Of a DNA stretch of 64,000 nt, positions 1 to 11,722 are shown piece after piece. Both the position numbers and the translations under genes were made by a program. How positions within the stretch are numbered: position 1 is the first letter of the stretch; every line of letters starts with the position of its first letter. The notes beneath the pieces are model-generated. The model made no database searches. It was not told where the DNA came from and saw only the letters and a list, made by a program, of their open reading frames with translations. Origin of the DNA: Amphiscolops sp. MND2022 (Eukaryota); the NCBI GenBank assembly GCA_964187785.1, contig OZ076417.1:22878001-22942000 (forward strand), written 5' to 3'.

Positions 1-1080
1 TCGAGTAGCTTTTTAATTTTTATCACTATAATGAATTGGGACTTTAGTGGGTCGTTGATTTTGGAGTTTAGCGCTTGCTTTTAGGCGAATTCTAAAAGGA
101 GTGTCCATTTTACCAACATCATTACGATGAGTAGCATAACAATGTTGATATTTCACCAAAATGGAGCAAAGTTTTAAATATTCGTCATCAATGACGTCAG
201 AGTATTGAAAAATATATTTTTTTGAGAAATTGATGAACATCTGGAAAATATGGTAAAGATGGAAGAGGGTGTTTTGAAAATTGATATGGTCGTAAATTAT
301 TATTCTCAACAGTGGTTCTTTTAAGAGAGGAACGGCGAACAGGAGGTTTCGGTTCGAAAGATCATGGAAGTATGGATGAAATATAGTGTGTATCAAAAAC
401 TTGACATAATTACCTTTATAGTGTGGTTGTTTAATGATAATTGCGGGGACTTCAATATTACTAATATCCTGGTGATAGGGTAGCTGGATGATGAGTAATG
501 TTTTGAATTGAGACAGAGCAACTATTGGGTTCAGTTTTAAGATTTTGATAAACTTGGGGGAAATTAAAAGTGGAGTTGAAGCCAGTTTTAAAATATGGAT
601 GTGTGGGTTGATGGAAATATGATTTCGTTGTCAGAATTGTGAAAGGTTAATGGGGGAGTAGGTGGGATTGGGAAAAGGAATGCTTGAGAGGCGTTTGGTT
701 TAAAGTAGATTTTTTGTTTAACCTTAATTGTATAAATATAGGAGATATAAGGGTAGTCTTTTTCTTTATGGGCTATAAAAGGAAGAGTAGTTACGCGAGA
801 TTCATGAGGTGTATTAAAAGTGGGGGACGTTTGTTAAATGTCATGTGTTCTTTAATATTTTTCAAAGAAAGGAGTTCCAAGATTGTTATTATTGTTATTT
901 GCAACCGCAAATGGGATGACAAGGTTACGAGTACTTCCATGGATAGAGGTTTGAAGTCTTAGAAATACATTAAATAAAAAAGGGACCTTCAGTAGCTTTA
1001 TTAGCAACTGTAAAGACTTTAAGCTCATCGTTTTGAGGAATTGTTTTGGAACATTTGAGAAAATGATCAGCTACGATTGT

Positions 1081-1140
1081 GGAAGTGGGTAGATTTGAAA
1101 CACAAAAAGAGGCACCGATATCTATCAGGAATAAAAGTTC
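1081..1140 (-). pseudogene. Retroviral-type aspartic protease active-site remnant of G1
   Basis: Reverse complement translates ELLFLIDIGASFCVSNLPTS, a decayed LID(S/T)GAS motif, between gag and RT. Confidence 0.7.
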
Positions 1141-1464
1141 TAATTTTGAAGTTAGAGAGTTGTCTTCGGGTGGTTTGAAAATTTTGCGATTGACAAACCA
1201 GGTAGAAGGAGCGATAGCGTTAGCTTGAATATTTGAACTTTGAGAACATGAGGAGGTGTTTGGATGTTACATATTCATTTCAAGTTTACGTTCTGTTGAG
1301 GGAGAATGATGAATATTGGGGCTGGTTGTTGAGTAAGATTGACAGTAGGCTTATATTGAGAATTTGAGTAATTTGAGTTTGAGTTAGAGTGAGATCGACT
1401 TCGTTAGGGATTAGAACGTGGTTTAGAAGGAGAACGGTATGGTGTTTTATAGCGTCTAAACGGG

Positions 1465-1664
1465 NNNNNNNNNNNNNNNNNNNNNNNNNNNNNNNNNNNN
1501 NNNNNNNNNNNNNNNNNNNNNNNNNNNNNNNNNNNNNNNNNNNNNNNNNNNNNNNNNNNNNNNNNNNNNNNNNNNNNNNNNNNNNNNNNNNNNNNNNNNN
1601 NNNNNNNNNNNNNNNNNNNNNNNNNNNNNNNNNNNNNNNNNNNNNNNNNNNNNNNNNNNNNNNN
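1465..1664. other. Assembly gap (200 N)
   Basis: Run of exactly 200 N; X-containing ORFs spanning it are artefacts. Confidence 0.99.
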
Positions 1665-4600
1665 TAAGATTTATATGGACTACGAGATGGTGTTGAATTG
1701 TGATAGTGGGGAGAAGGATAAAATGAGGGTGAAGAGACGTTTTTGTAATGTGGATCATAACAAGATCGATTAGGATCATAATATGGAGATTGGTTTTGAA
1801 AAGGGTGGTTATGATAATATCTTGGGCAAGAATTTGAACGAGAATGAGAACAAGATTTCAACGAGATTCTCGCGAGAATCCTTCGATAATGGTTACTATT
1901 GCTACGACTACGAAAACGAGGAGTTTGGTTATCATAATTATTGGAAGGTGTTTTAAAATGTTGATACAAATGGAGTAGGTGATTTAGATTGGAGTCTAGA
2001 ATCTTTTAGCATACTGAATATTCAATAACATGTTGAGACAGAGTGATTATTTTCATGACAACAGGAGCAATATTTTTTAAATTGGGGTTTAGGTTTATTA
2101 TTAGGATCTACAGCTTGTATTTGTGGAATTTCAGAAGGTTTATCGGTAAGAAAAGTGTTTTGGTTAAAAGTATCGGAAACAGTACTAATTTCGAGAGAAA
2201 CTCCTCGTGATTTAACTTTGTCAAGTGTAATACCTTCCGAATCACCCATATTGACAAGAGAGTGAAAAAGAGTGAAAGGTTCAAAGGAACTTGAAATATG
2301 TTTGACTTGCTGTTCATTGGCAAAATTTTCAAGTTTTTTTTCGGAAGACCACGAGTAAAAATTTCATTGCATTTATTGTTTATGGTTGATAGATATTCAT
2401 TAGACCAGCCTTGTTTGACAAGAGTTTCAACTTTTAAAGCATAATGCCGAACAATCTCGTTGTCTTTTTTTAACAATAGAGAGTAATTCGAATTGGATAT
2501 GATATGCATGCTTTTGAGAATAAAATTGTGTTTTGAAACCTTGAACAAAGGAAGACCAACCGTTTTTATACACTTGAGGAAGGCGATTACACCAGTTAGA
2601 AGCAGTTCCTGTGAGGGAACAAAAAAGAAGAGACATACGTCTTGAGTGCCAGGATAAACATGATTGTATATAAAGGGGTTGAGGTCCAAGTTGAAATGTT
2701 ACAAGTACACTAAGATGTGCTAAAAATTTTTCAGGAGGATACGTATGATCCAAGCCAAGCCATGATCTGAGAGAGCAGCAAAAGGAACCGAAGGAGTCAT
2801 TTGCAAAACTGGAGGGGGAGCTTGAGAAACATGTGGGTTGAATAGGTTAGTAGATGTTTGAGGTGGTGGGTAAATATAAGGAGGTTGAAAAGAAGAAACA
2901 AGAAAAATATGAAAGCAAGGATGGATTAATGCATATTATATTGCAGTGGAGAAAGAGAAGAGGAAGGTTGGGTGGTGATAGGATCATTAGAAAGAGGGAG
3001 AGATTCACTAGAAGAAGGTAAATAAGGTGGATATGAATTGGGAGGAGGTTGACCAATAGGGCTTGTGTTTACTAAAACAATAGAAGCAGAAAAAATGAAT
3101 TGAAGTGAGACATCAGAAGATGTATCTGAGGTAAGCATTTGAGAAAGATACGTGGAATCTGGTCTGATAGGAGGATAAAGTTCAAGGCTTTCATTAATAC
3201 TGAGATTTTCAAAAGTGAGATGATGAGTGATTCAAAATGAGTCATTGAGGAATCACGGAGGTCATAAAAAGAAGGGTTTTGATTTTCAGAGGTAGCGATA
3301 AAAGAGAGTAGTTAATCTTTGGAAACTTGGGAGGGAAAATTAGTACAAGCGTCTTGGAATATAGAATCCCAAATGAGTTGGTAGTTATGCCTCAAAATAT
3401 TTCTAAGGAACAAAGAGTAGATTCGAAGGTGTTCTTTAGTTTGATTGGTTAAAGTAATATCTTGAAAGAAATTATATTGGAAATGGTGAAGCATATCTGT
3501 AATAAGCCAATGATGGGGATTATTCTCAACAGTATGGAGTTGTTCAAAATTGGGGAGTTCAAATTAGATTTTTTTTGTGAGGAGTGGTTGTATAGCAGAG
3601 GGAGTGAAAACATGTTGAGGTATGATAGTATTCTTCTCCGAGAAGTTTTTGAGAAAAGTTGTGAAAACATGGGCGATATTTTAAATATTGGAGAGGGTAG
3701 ATTTTTTTCACGAAAGATATCAGTAGAATTAAGAGGAGAGGTGAAAGGTATAGAGAAAGGGGGTTCATCAGGTGCTCAAGTTAGAGAATGGGAGTCAATG
3801 TAATGAAGATAGGAGTCGAGATGAATGAGAGAGGTTTTATAAAGATCTTCAGGGTAGGTTTCTAAAGAAGGAGGAACAGTAGAGTTATGGATAGGATTTT
3901 CAAGGAATGTGGTTAGAATATGTGCGTTTTCGCGGGAAAGGCCAAAACGGGAGGAATCAAGGGACAAGGGGAGGGGAAGAAGAGGAGGAGAGGTTGATCA
4001 GTCACTGCGAAAGACGATGGGGGTCATAGATGAGTGAAATACGATCGACGAGAACGTCAGGATCAACACGCGTTTCATAAAGAGGTGGAGGGTTGATATA
4101 AAGATGGAGTTTTCAGCGAATATCAAGGCAATAGGGAAGGAGTGTATGGTAGATGGAATGGGAGGAGAGAAATAGAATGAAAGAAATGAGTATGATTTGG
4201 AAAACGCTATGAAAGGATGGGGACTTGAAAGAAAGATGAACATAAAAGAGAAAATTGTTAAATTTAGTAGTGGTTTGGTAAAATAAGATAAGATTTAGTA
4301 TAATATTGGTGAGTGATGAAAGAGAAGAGTGTGTAGATTGATGGGAATAGGTGAAGAGATTGGGTAAGAAATTTATAAGTAGTGGTTAAACAATATGGGG
4401 TATTTGTTAATACTGATGGAGGAGTGTGAAAGGAAGAGTGTGAGAAAGGTTGTGGTGTGAGAAAAGGAAGAGTGTGAGAAAAGAAAATGCGGAATGTGGG
4501 GAAAAAGATTGGTGTAGAAAAATTACCGTTAGTTGAAAAGAATGGTGATTATTTTTTCTACAAGAAGCATGAATACAACAAGCATAGCAAAGATGTATGA

Positions 4601-4824
4601 GACAAAAAGAACAATTGTAGCAAGATTTTCAGTTAAAGTTATCGGGGAATAAAATCAATCATGAATTTGTCGACGACGAGAAAAACAATTGCAAGTAGGC
4701 CACAAAGATACAATGTAATCATTAGAGCACAGACGGAATCATTTATAATGAGCATGATAATTCTTTACAAAATTATAGAAAAAGAGTTGCAAATGTACGA
4801 ACAAAATGTGGAATCGAAAGGAAT

Positions 4825-5215
4825 TTATTGTTGGTACAGAAATGAGAGTATGCAAAAGGTGTACCGTCAAAAAGGTCGAATCAAGAGGTTAGCTCTATTG
4901 AAGTACCGACGAATATCGAACCAAATGATTAGTACGGGAAGAGTTGGTGTAACAGCACGTAGCTGAATCACTTCGATTGTGATTAGTACAGAAAGAATGG
5001 TTGCACCAGTTTCGAGGTTGATTCACTTTTTTGTGGTTAGTACAGAAAGATGTGATGTACTGACTACGAGGTCGAACCAATTTGAATGGTTAGCACAGAA
5101 GAATTGATGTACCGAGTTTATGTCGAATCATTTTCGTGTTTAGTACAGAAGAAATGTTGAATTGTGTACGGATATGAGATACAACGATTTACGTGTGTGA
5201 TTTGTACAGAAAGAA
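4825..5215. repeat. Degenerate ~54-bp tandem repeat (7-8 units, core TTAGTACAGAA) in the G1 leader
   Basis: Cores at about 4831, 4879, 4929, 4983, 5037, 5090, 5140, 5201; the minus-strand translation repeats SFCTNH. Confidence 0.75.
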
Positions 5216-5255
5216 GAAAAGATTTTGTTAAGTAGAAAAGGGAGAAAAGAAAAAA

Positions 5256-5271
5256 GGTCTTGGTCGCACCA
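5256..5271 (-). promoter_or_regulatory. Putative primer-binding site of G1 (TGGTGCGACCAAGACC); 5' LTR begins immediately to the right (AGTTAAAG..., far end unresolved)
   Basis: TGG-initiated sequence upstream of the leader on the element strand, preceded by ...TTTAAC; cognate tRNA not identified. Confidence 0.5.
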
Positions 5272-7229
5272 GTTAAAGTACTTAATTTTTGTAAGGAAGA
5301 TTTGCTGGATTTTAGTTATCTTATTTCGGAAGAACAGTACTTTAAAGAAGACTCTTACAGAGCTGCAGTATTAGGTCTGAAGGGAAGACAACTTGATGGT
5401 TAAGAGTAAACTATCGTTGTGAAGAGATATAAATCAGTTTAGTGCTTTACAGTATTGGCAATGGTATTGGATACAAATTAGGTATAGCTTGATTACATCA
5501 AAATTCAGAGTATATAATTCTAGTCTAGACATTGAGCAAGGAGGGAGAGGATGATTGATCGAATATAGATTACAGGTACATCACTTCACTTGCCGATGAT
5601 TGACAATCACATTTTCTTTCTTCACTTGCCAATGATGACCTCTCTTCATCATTTTCATATTGTCTTCCTCTGACGTCGCGCAAGATGACTTCACTCCGAT
5701 GAATTCTTCTCGACCTCATCTCACCACTGCCCTTCTTTGGCACAACCGAAACCTCAACATTCCAGTTCACTTTCATCACTTCATCACTTCCGCAGACTTC
5801 CAGACTTCAAAGTATTTCAAACTCTAGACTCTAATCATTACTTTAAAAGTTCATTATTTTATTCTCTTGTAATCATAAACAGTTTATTCTTGTGCTAATC
5901 GTGATATAAACTGTTATAGTATAGTGCTATGATATTGCAATCTGCCCATTTTATTCGTGTAGTCTCGTAAACATACCTATTTTATTTGTGTTATCTTGTA
6001 ATCTTTTAAATGTCACAATATTCAGTCTATTTAATGCTTAGTATATTTTAGTGCTTAGTACAAAATCTCTTCTTATTCCAATCCATTATTGCTTATTCTT
6101 CTTTTTACAGAACAGGATATTCACTTCTGGAACACTTCTACCTTGCAAATTTTGAGTTTGAAACACTTGTCAACGACTATTCTTCACTTTTCCAAATAAA
6201 ATAGACCTTTGAATCTTTTGACTTCTTCATATTTGGTTCACTACCCGCCAATGTTGGTTCATAACCCATTGACAACTTCTAATTAAGATTCTTCAACTTC
6301 AAAAAGTTTTCAACTTTGAATGGTCATGTTGAAGAACGTGCACTTTTTCAAGGCCGACGAACAGACACTAGATAGATTTCTAGAAGAATTTGAACTCTAG
6401 AAGAGATTTAGGACATAAATAACAAGTTGTCAAACAATAACTTGAACGAAACTGTCGGTCAAACTTTTAAACTGAAGAAAGGTTGTACCAATGTGAACCG
6501 TCAAAAACAAGGAGTTAAAACCGTCATAGGTTGTTCTCACTCCTTGAATATCGTACATGCTCTTTGGAACAAGAAGATGAAACTGTAGAAAACATTCCCC
6601 TCTGAAACAAAACCTTCTGAAACACAACATACTAAAGTGAAAATTTTTGTGAAATTTTTTTAACTCGCGGTTGATTGTGATGCCATGATGCATGTCCTCG
6701 AGTATTTTTCTAATCTTGAAATACAGATTAACTCTTCGACCTAATAACTTGACAGATGTCACACTAATCAGAAGTTAACACTTTATTATTAAGATGCTGA
6801 CATTTACTAATGATTTCATTATAGAAGTAATCTTCCTGTAAATCTATGAATGAAATATAATCAAAGGTAATCATTGAAGTAGATACTGTAACTCTATAAT
6901 CAGAAGAATAACTCGAATCTTGTTTTCAAGAAGTCTTCTCATCTAAGAAGAGAAAGACCAGAAACTGAGATCTCAGTCATACTAGAACTTGTAGAAAAAT
7001 AGATAAGCTAGCTACGAAAACGGTTTTGCTCAAGACTTAGAAAGTTCTTATGAAAAAACTGAAAGACCTAAAAAAACGCATACACAGTTTTAGGCAGTAC
7101 ACTTGAAAACTGGAAAATTATCAATTTTTTCAAAAAATTCACAGAATTTTCATTTTGTAAGAACTGCTGCTGTCAGCTAGTAAAGTTACATCTGATAAGG
7201 ACGTTACGCAGTTTAAAGAAATATATCTT

Positions 7230-7885
7230 GCATTCGCATTGTTTTTCACCATAACGATTGAAAAGTTCCTTTAAAAATTGAGTTTTAAAACATTTATTAG
7301 TCTATTGGAAACTCGCTTGCGATGTACTTTGCAAAAGTTTCTCAGGGTCGAACTATCTTAGGTGGAACTGAACGTTCCATTGAACTAAATAATTCAAAGA
7401 GAAGGAGTTGTTTGCTTCTGCTCACGGAACGAATCGTTTGACTCGAGGATTTCTCCGAAAACATGTGTTTCACAAAAGTGAATGGGTCCATCAAGCTTGC
7501 TTATCATCAAGATTCTCCCTAGTGGCTTGGGATTTTGTTTGCAGTGAACTACCTCGTGCTCCCCTGGCAATGAGTTGTTTCCAACAGTAGCACATCTCTG
7601 GCAGCCGGACGATTGGGTTTCACAGACATCCACAGTTGCTCCTTTCAGGTCAACTGGAAGAAAGATGAGTCAGTACCTTATTGTTACGACGTGAAAATTT
7701 TTTCTTCAACAACAAGCATCGAAAAGTAAAAGAATTATGAAAGTATATTGAAAATTGCATCTTGAGATCTTGAATCCTTGTCCATATTAGGCATTCATTA
7801 CACCATCAAATGCTTCCATATTTCGATCCAATGAAAATAATTTGAAAAGTCAAATTTTATTCGATTCCAATAATTGTTGAGTATC
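7230..7885 (-). pseudogene. Old Gypsy pol G2, left part (RNase H to integrase), target of element A
   Basis: CQRCATVG...VVHCKQNPKPLGR...KLDGP (integrase Zn finger/core start) and a degenerate RNase H; begins at the GTATC TSD. Confidence 0.6.
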
Positions 7886-8425
7886 TGTAAGGAGTAGTGC
7901 CCGTATGTTTCCGTAGATCACAGGCGAAACTAGAGTCCTTTTTTGTAAATTTTGTATTTGTCTTTTTCCACACAATTCCAAAACCATCCTCATTTAAGGA
8001 CGTACACAGCTCAACGCCATGATGGTTCAAAGCAAATTTTCCACCATGTTTTGTATTTCTGGTATTATTCTCTCACGTATAGCGGAACTAAAAGCCCTAC
8101 TAATCTGAGTTTGCATGAAGTCCATCATTGTCTCCATTTCCGGGGACATCCTAGCATTCATTTCACCTGATAGCATATTAATTGACTCTATCGGTCTTCC
8201 TTTCCTAACAGGCTCATTTCTAATACTGATGTCTCTGATCTCATTCTCTTGAGATGAATTTTTTCTGTTCGGAAAAGACTGAAAACCCTGATTCTCTTTC
8301 TATAGAGTTTGAATTTCCATCCCCTAACATCACGTCCATGTTGCCGTAATCGGACAACAAATCTAGTTCTCTCGACTTTCTGGCCTTAGCCTTTTGCTTT
8401 CAGGTGGAAGGCTTAAAATAGTCAT
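7886..8425 (-). pseudogene. Gag N-terminal segment encoded inside the 3' LTR of A
   Basis: KQKAKARKSRELDLLSDYGNMDVMLG...MMDFMQTQISRAFSSAIRERIIPEIQNM, homologous to ORF 56717-57514; frameshifted. Confidence 0.75.
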
Positions 8426-9448
8426 ATAGAAGAAAATATTCAAATTATTCCTGCAACTATATATTGTGGGAGGGTTTTACAGAGTAATTTGCATGACTGT
8501 ATTTCAACAAACTGTCCCTTGCAAAAGCCCGAATTGGGTCTATATACCCAAGTGGGCACGACGCGCAATAAAATAGTGATCATGCTTTTATAAATAACCC
8601 ATGAGCTAAAAATAGACTGCATCATTACTATAAATAGCAACATTACGTTAGATCAAAAGTCCCGTCAAGGACACAAGACGTATAGGTCAAATTATTTACG
8701 AAGTAAATTTCATGTATATGTCAACTTTACATGTATAACAAAATTCATGTAGGCCCTCCACGGCCAATGACTGACTTTTTTCTGACTTCACTTCATCATG
8801 CAACACTACATACTAGCAGTACATGAGATTAACTATATCACAACTCAGACGATGCGTTTTACTAACTTGTATTTAAATGTAGCATCAATTTCTTGTCGCA
8901 ACTTCAAAGAATAAAAATGCTCAATTAGTCGATTGGCCGTATTAGGCCTTATTTCATAGCATAGCATCGACAGTATTAGTTCATCAAAAAAGGACGGCTA
9001 AGCCATAAGGCCGCTTCCGTCCTATAATAACTGTCTAGCAACATCATATTATGGCACCAAAGCAAAGTAAGACCGGCTAGGCCAAGCGGCCGTATTGGTA
9101 CATTCCGAATATTATCAAGTACAATTCAGCAACTGCAAATAAAGCAAGCAAGGCTCTGATTGGCTAATACGCCGTACACGGCTATGCTAGCTATACTGGA
9201 CAGGCAAACATTTGAACTCGTTTCCTTTCTGCCTGTCAGTATAGCTTGCTGTCGGATAGTAATTTCACTTAATACACAAGTACAAAAAAACTAATTTACA
9301 TGTTTTGAAAATACCGGAAATACAGAGAAAGTTTTCAAGTTTGTTAACAATTGCGAAGTTTGTCAAAATGACAATGCGCCGGGTAAGACAGTAGATACAC
9401 TTTGGTCGATGGTGTAGAGGTTGCCAGTACAGGCGGCAGCCTGCGACC
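7886..9448 (-). repeat. 3' LTR of element A (1563 bp)
   Basis: Preceded on the element strand by PPT GGGGGAG (9449-9455); matches the 5' LTR remnant at 35500-35893; ends CCTTACA next to the TSD. Confidence 0.8.
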
Positions 9449-10196
9449 CTCCCCCAGGTAGTAATAAGAACGTTAAAACTTGCATTCCCTCTATGAAAAA
9501 CCCTCTTGCGCACCTGGACTTGTACGGCTGTTTCCCCGGGATTCCCGTCTTGTCCAAATATTCGGATATTGCTTCACGTTGAATTTGCATTGTTGATTTT
9601 CCACAAATTACGCAATTGGAGCAATTCGCTAATGGGCTGTTTCCATTAAGTTCCATCCCTTGGAAATGACTTGTAATTATATCCAAGGACTGCTGTGGTT
9701 CCGAGTACTCAGTGTAATTTGGGAAGGAATTATAAGTTGATCCTCTATCCTCGGGTGGTGGCGACATATGAGTGTCTACCATAGGACTGCACAACTTCAC
9801 TGCACAACTAAATAGGATGATTATTTCGTATGCGGTCGTGTCGCTGTTTTGGGCCATTTCCTCTTCCCAGAGAAAAGAAGCACTGATCTGGAATGGGTTG
9901 TAGGCTATAACTTGGCTTCGGCTTCCCGCATCTCGATGGCCTATTTTGTAAGTTGGTACTCCCGAATTTTGATGTTGATGGACAAGGGACGGGAATGGGC
10001 GCTGATAGGTCCATTTCAAGACAATGGGCCATTATCATGTCATCATCGTATTCTTCATTATCTGATGACAATTGTAAGTATAGTACGGACGTTATGCTGA
10101 CGTCGTCCATTTCGTCTTCTTCATCGCTAGATATATATACTATTTCTACGCCCAGAGTGCGGCACCTTGAAAATTTTGAGGAAATCGTTCCGCCAT
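9363..10196 (-). pseudogene. ORF X of element A (acidic SIM-like N-terminus, CxxC, SQAAAC C-terminus overlapping the LTR start)
   Basis: VEIVYISSDEEDE (frame of 9808-10110), then NCVICGKS...GGSQAAACTGNLYTIDQSVSTVLPGAL (9363-10019); homologous to 58702-59484; frameshifted. Confidence 0.8.
9449..9455 (-). promoter_or_regulatory. Polypurine tract of element A (GGGGGAG), inside the ORF X coding sequence
   Basis: Directly abuts the LTR start defined by the TSD-bounded 5' LTR copy. Confidence 0.7.
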
Positions 10197-10831
10197 GTAT
10201 CTAGCCTTTTATAGTTTCTTCGCAATTTTGAGAAGGAAAATATGTTTAGGCTTTTCAAAATTTTAAGCTTGAACGAACCAACTGAACTTGCAGATTTTAA
10301 AAGAGAGAATGATGATTTTTCGTTTTGAAAGCTTTAGGACATCCTTGTGACCCGTGATTCTTTTCCCGGTCGTTCATATAGGGAAACTCTTCTAAACACT
10401 CTTTGATGATTCCAATCAGCCGCTTTGTTTACGTCTTCTTTACTTTCAAGTGCCTAAGACGGCAAGATGTCTTCCAGGACTTCATCAAGTGTTTATCATC
10501 TCTTGACTGCCACTCGAGAGTCTCAAGAGGTGTTATGTAGGCCTGCTGACGTGATGGCCATTAGGATTCTCCCATTCTGCTGACGCTCCAAGATGGCGGA
10601 TTAAAAAGTAACAGTCCAAATAAGTAAATAAATTGAATATTTGTAAAAATAATACATCTATGGTAAAACAAAAGCTTCGAAAGATATAGTTCCTGTGGAT
10701 TTCTCTGGCAGATTCCATCCACAAAATATTATTCATAATTGTATACATATTTGACATCAAATCCAGTTTGCCACGAACTCCGAACTTTTCTGTTCTCGCA
10801 TTTTGTTTCTATTTCTCTATTTATTCATTGT

Positions 10832-11722
10832 TGTAACGGGTGCTTGATCCCTTCACTTGACCAAACTTTACGCCGCCCTGAAATCGGTGTTCGGCACTGC
10901 GGATCGTTACCGAACACTGCTTGCTTCTTAGATTAAAAGGACTGTATCTTGACTTAGTAGGATCCAATGATACCGAATTGCACTTCTTCCTTGTCTCTTA
11001 ACAAGTCCAACTCCGCACATTTTGAGAGTAACTAACTTAGTCGCCCTAAGTCTTTGGCAAAAAGTCGAAAAGATGTCAAGAAATGAATTGAGAATTGAAA
11101 TGATCCTGAGACTCATTTTGAGTACAACTTTCCAATCAATTTGTGCCGAATAAGCTATAGTATACATATCGTTTACAATTATTCGATCAATACAAGTCAA
11201 AGTATGAAGTATAAATGAATGACATTTAAGGCATAATATGAAGTTATTAGCTATGTAAACAAATTATGTGGTGGTTCTGACCTGAATTTTAGGTAGGCTA
11301 GAACGTATGTTCATACAATGTAAATATCACCAATTCCAATAGCATTTCATATCCTTCAAGGTCACATGAGAAAATGACATTATAATTTGTATATCAAAAT
11401 TGGGCTTTCATGGGGTCTGACCTAGGTCAATTTGGTTGTTAAATGCTCTGAACCCTAGGGGAGATACGGGATTAGATGAATAGAGTGAAAAATTGAGTTA
11501 ACACATCCAGTATATCCATGCTAAGTTTCACGGTGATTGAAAGAAGGCTTCTAAAAAGGGGGTGGTGTTATCTTCCTATTTTGGTAGATCATCACTATTT
11601 TTGCAGAAACCTGTAATTTTCCAACTAAAATCTTGACAAATTTTTCAAGTGTTTTGATTTATAGGTTCAATCAGTCACAATCAAAATTCGGTTTCTCGTC
11701 ATGCAATTGACTGGCGCCAACA
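10832..11722 (-). repeat. BEL 3' LTR (891 bp)
   Basis: Direct repeat of 25250-26148; preceded on the element strand by PPT-like GGGAGAAAAACTGGGCCGGCAA; starts TGTTGGCGCCAG. Confidence 0.95.

Larger units (their letters stand above)
1..5271 (-). mobile_element. Gypsy/Ty3 LTR retrotransposon G1, degenerate internal region (leader, gag, protease, start of RT); continues off the left edge
   Basis: Minus strand in correct order: gag-like 2427-2753 (LTGTASNWCNRLPQ...WSSFVQGFKTQF), zinc knuckle YCSCCHENNHSVSTCY (2022-2249), protease-like LFLIDIGASFCV (1081-1140), pre-RT DVGKMDTPFRIRLK...QRPTKVP (13-396); many stops and frameshifts. Confidence 0.8.

Noticed and set aside
1286-1969. 227-aa ORF and overlapping ORFs across the N run
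   Set aside because: Length is inflated by the 200-N gap; the flanks are simply degenerate gag-PR linker.
4825-5215. Regularly spaced short repeat resembling a CRISPR array
   Set aside because: Repeats are degenerate, spacers are related to each other, there are no cas genes, and the context is a eukaryotic LTR leader.
5272-7229. G1 5' LTR extent and possible coding remnants (e.g. ORFs 5570-5779, 6430-6762)
   Set aside because: No second LTR copy in the window and no recognisable motif; boundaries cannot be supported.
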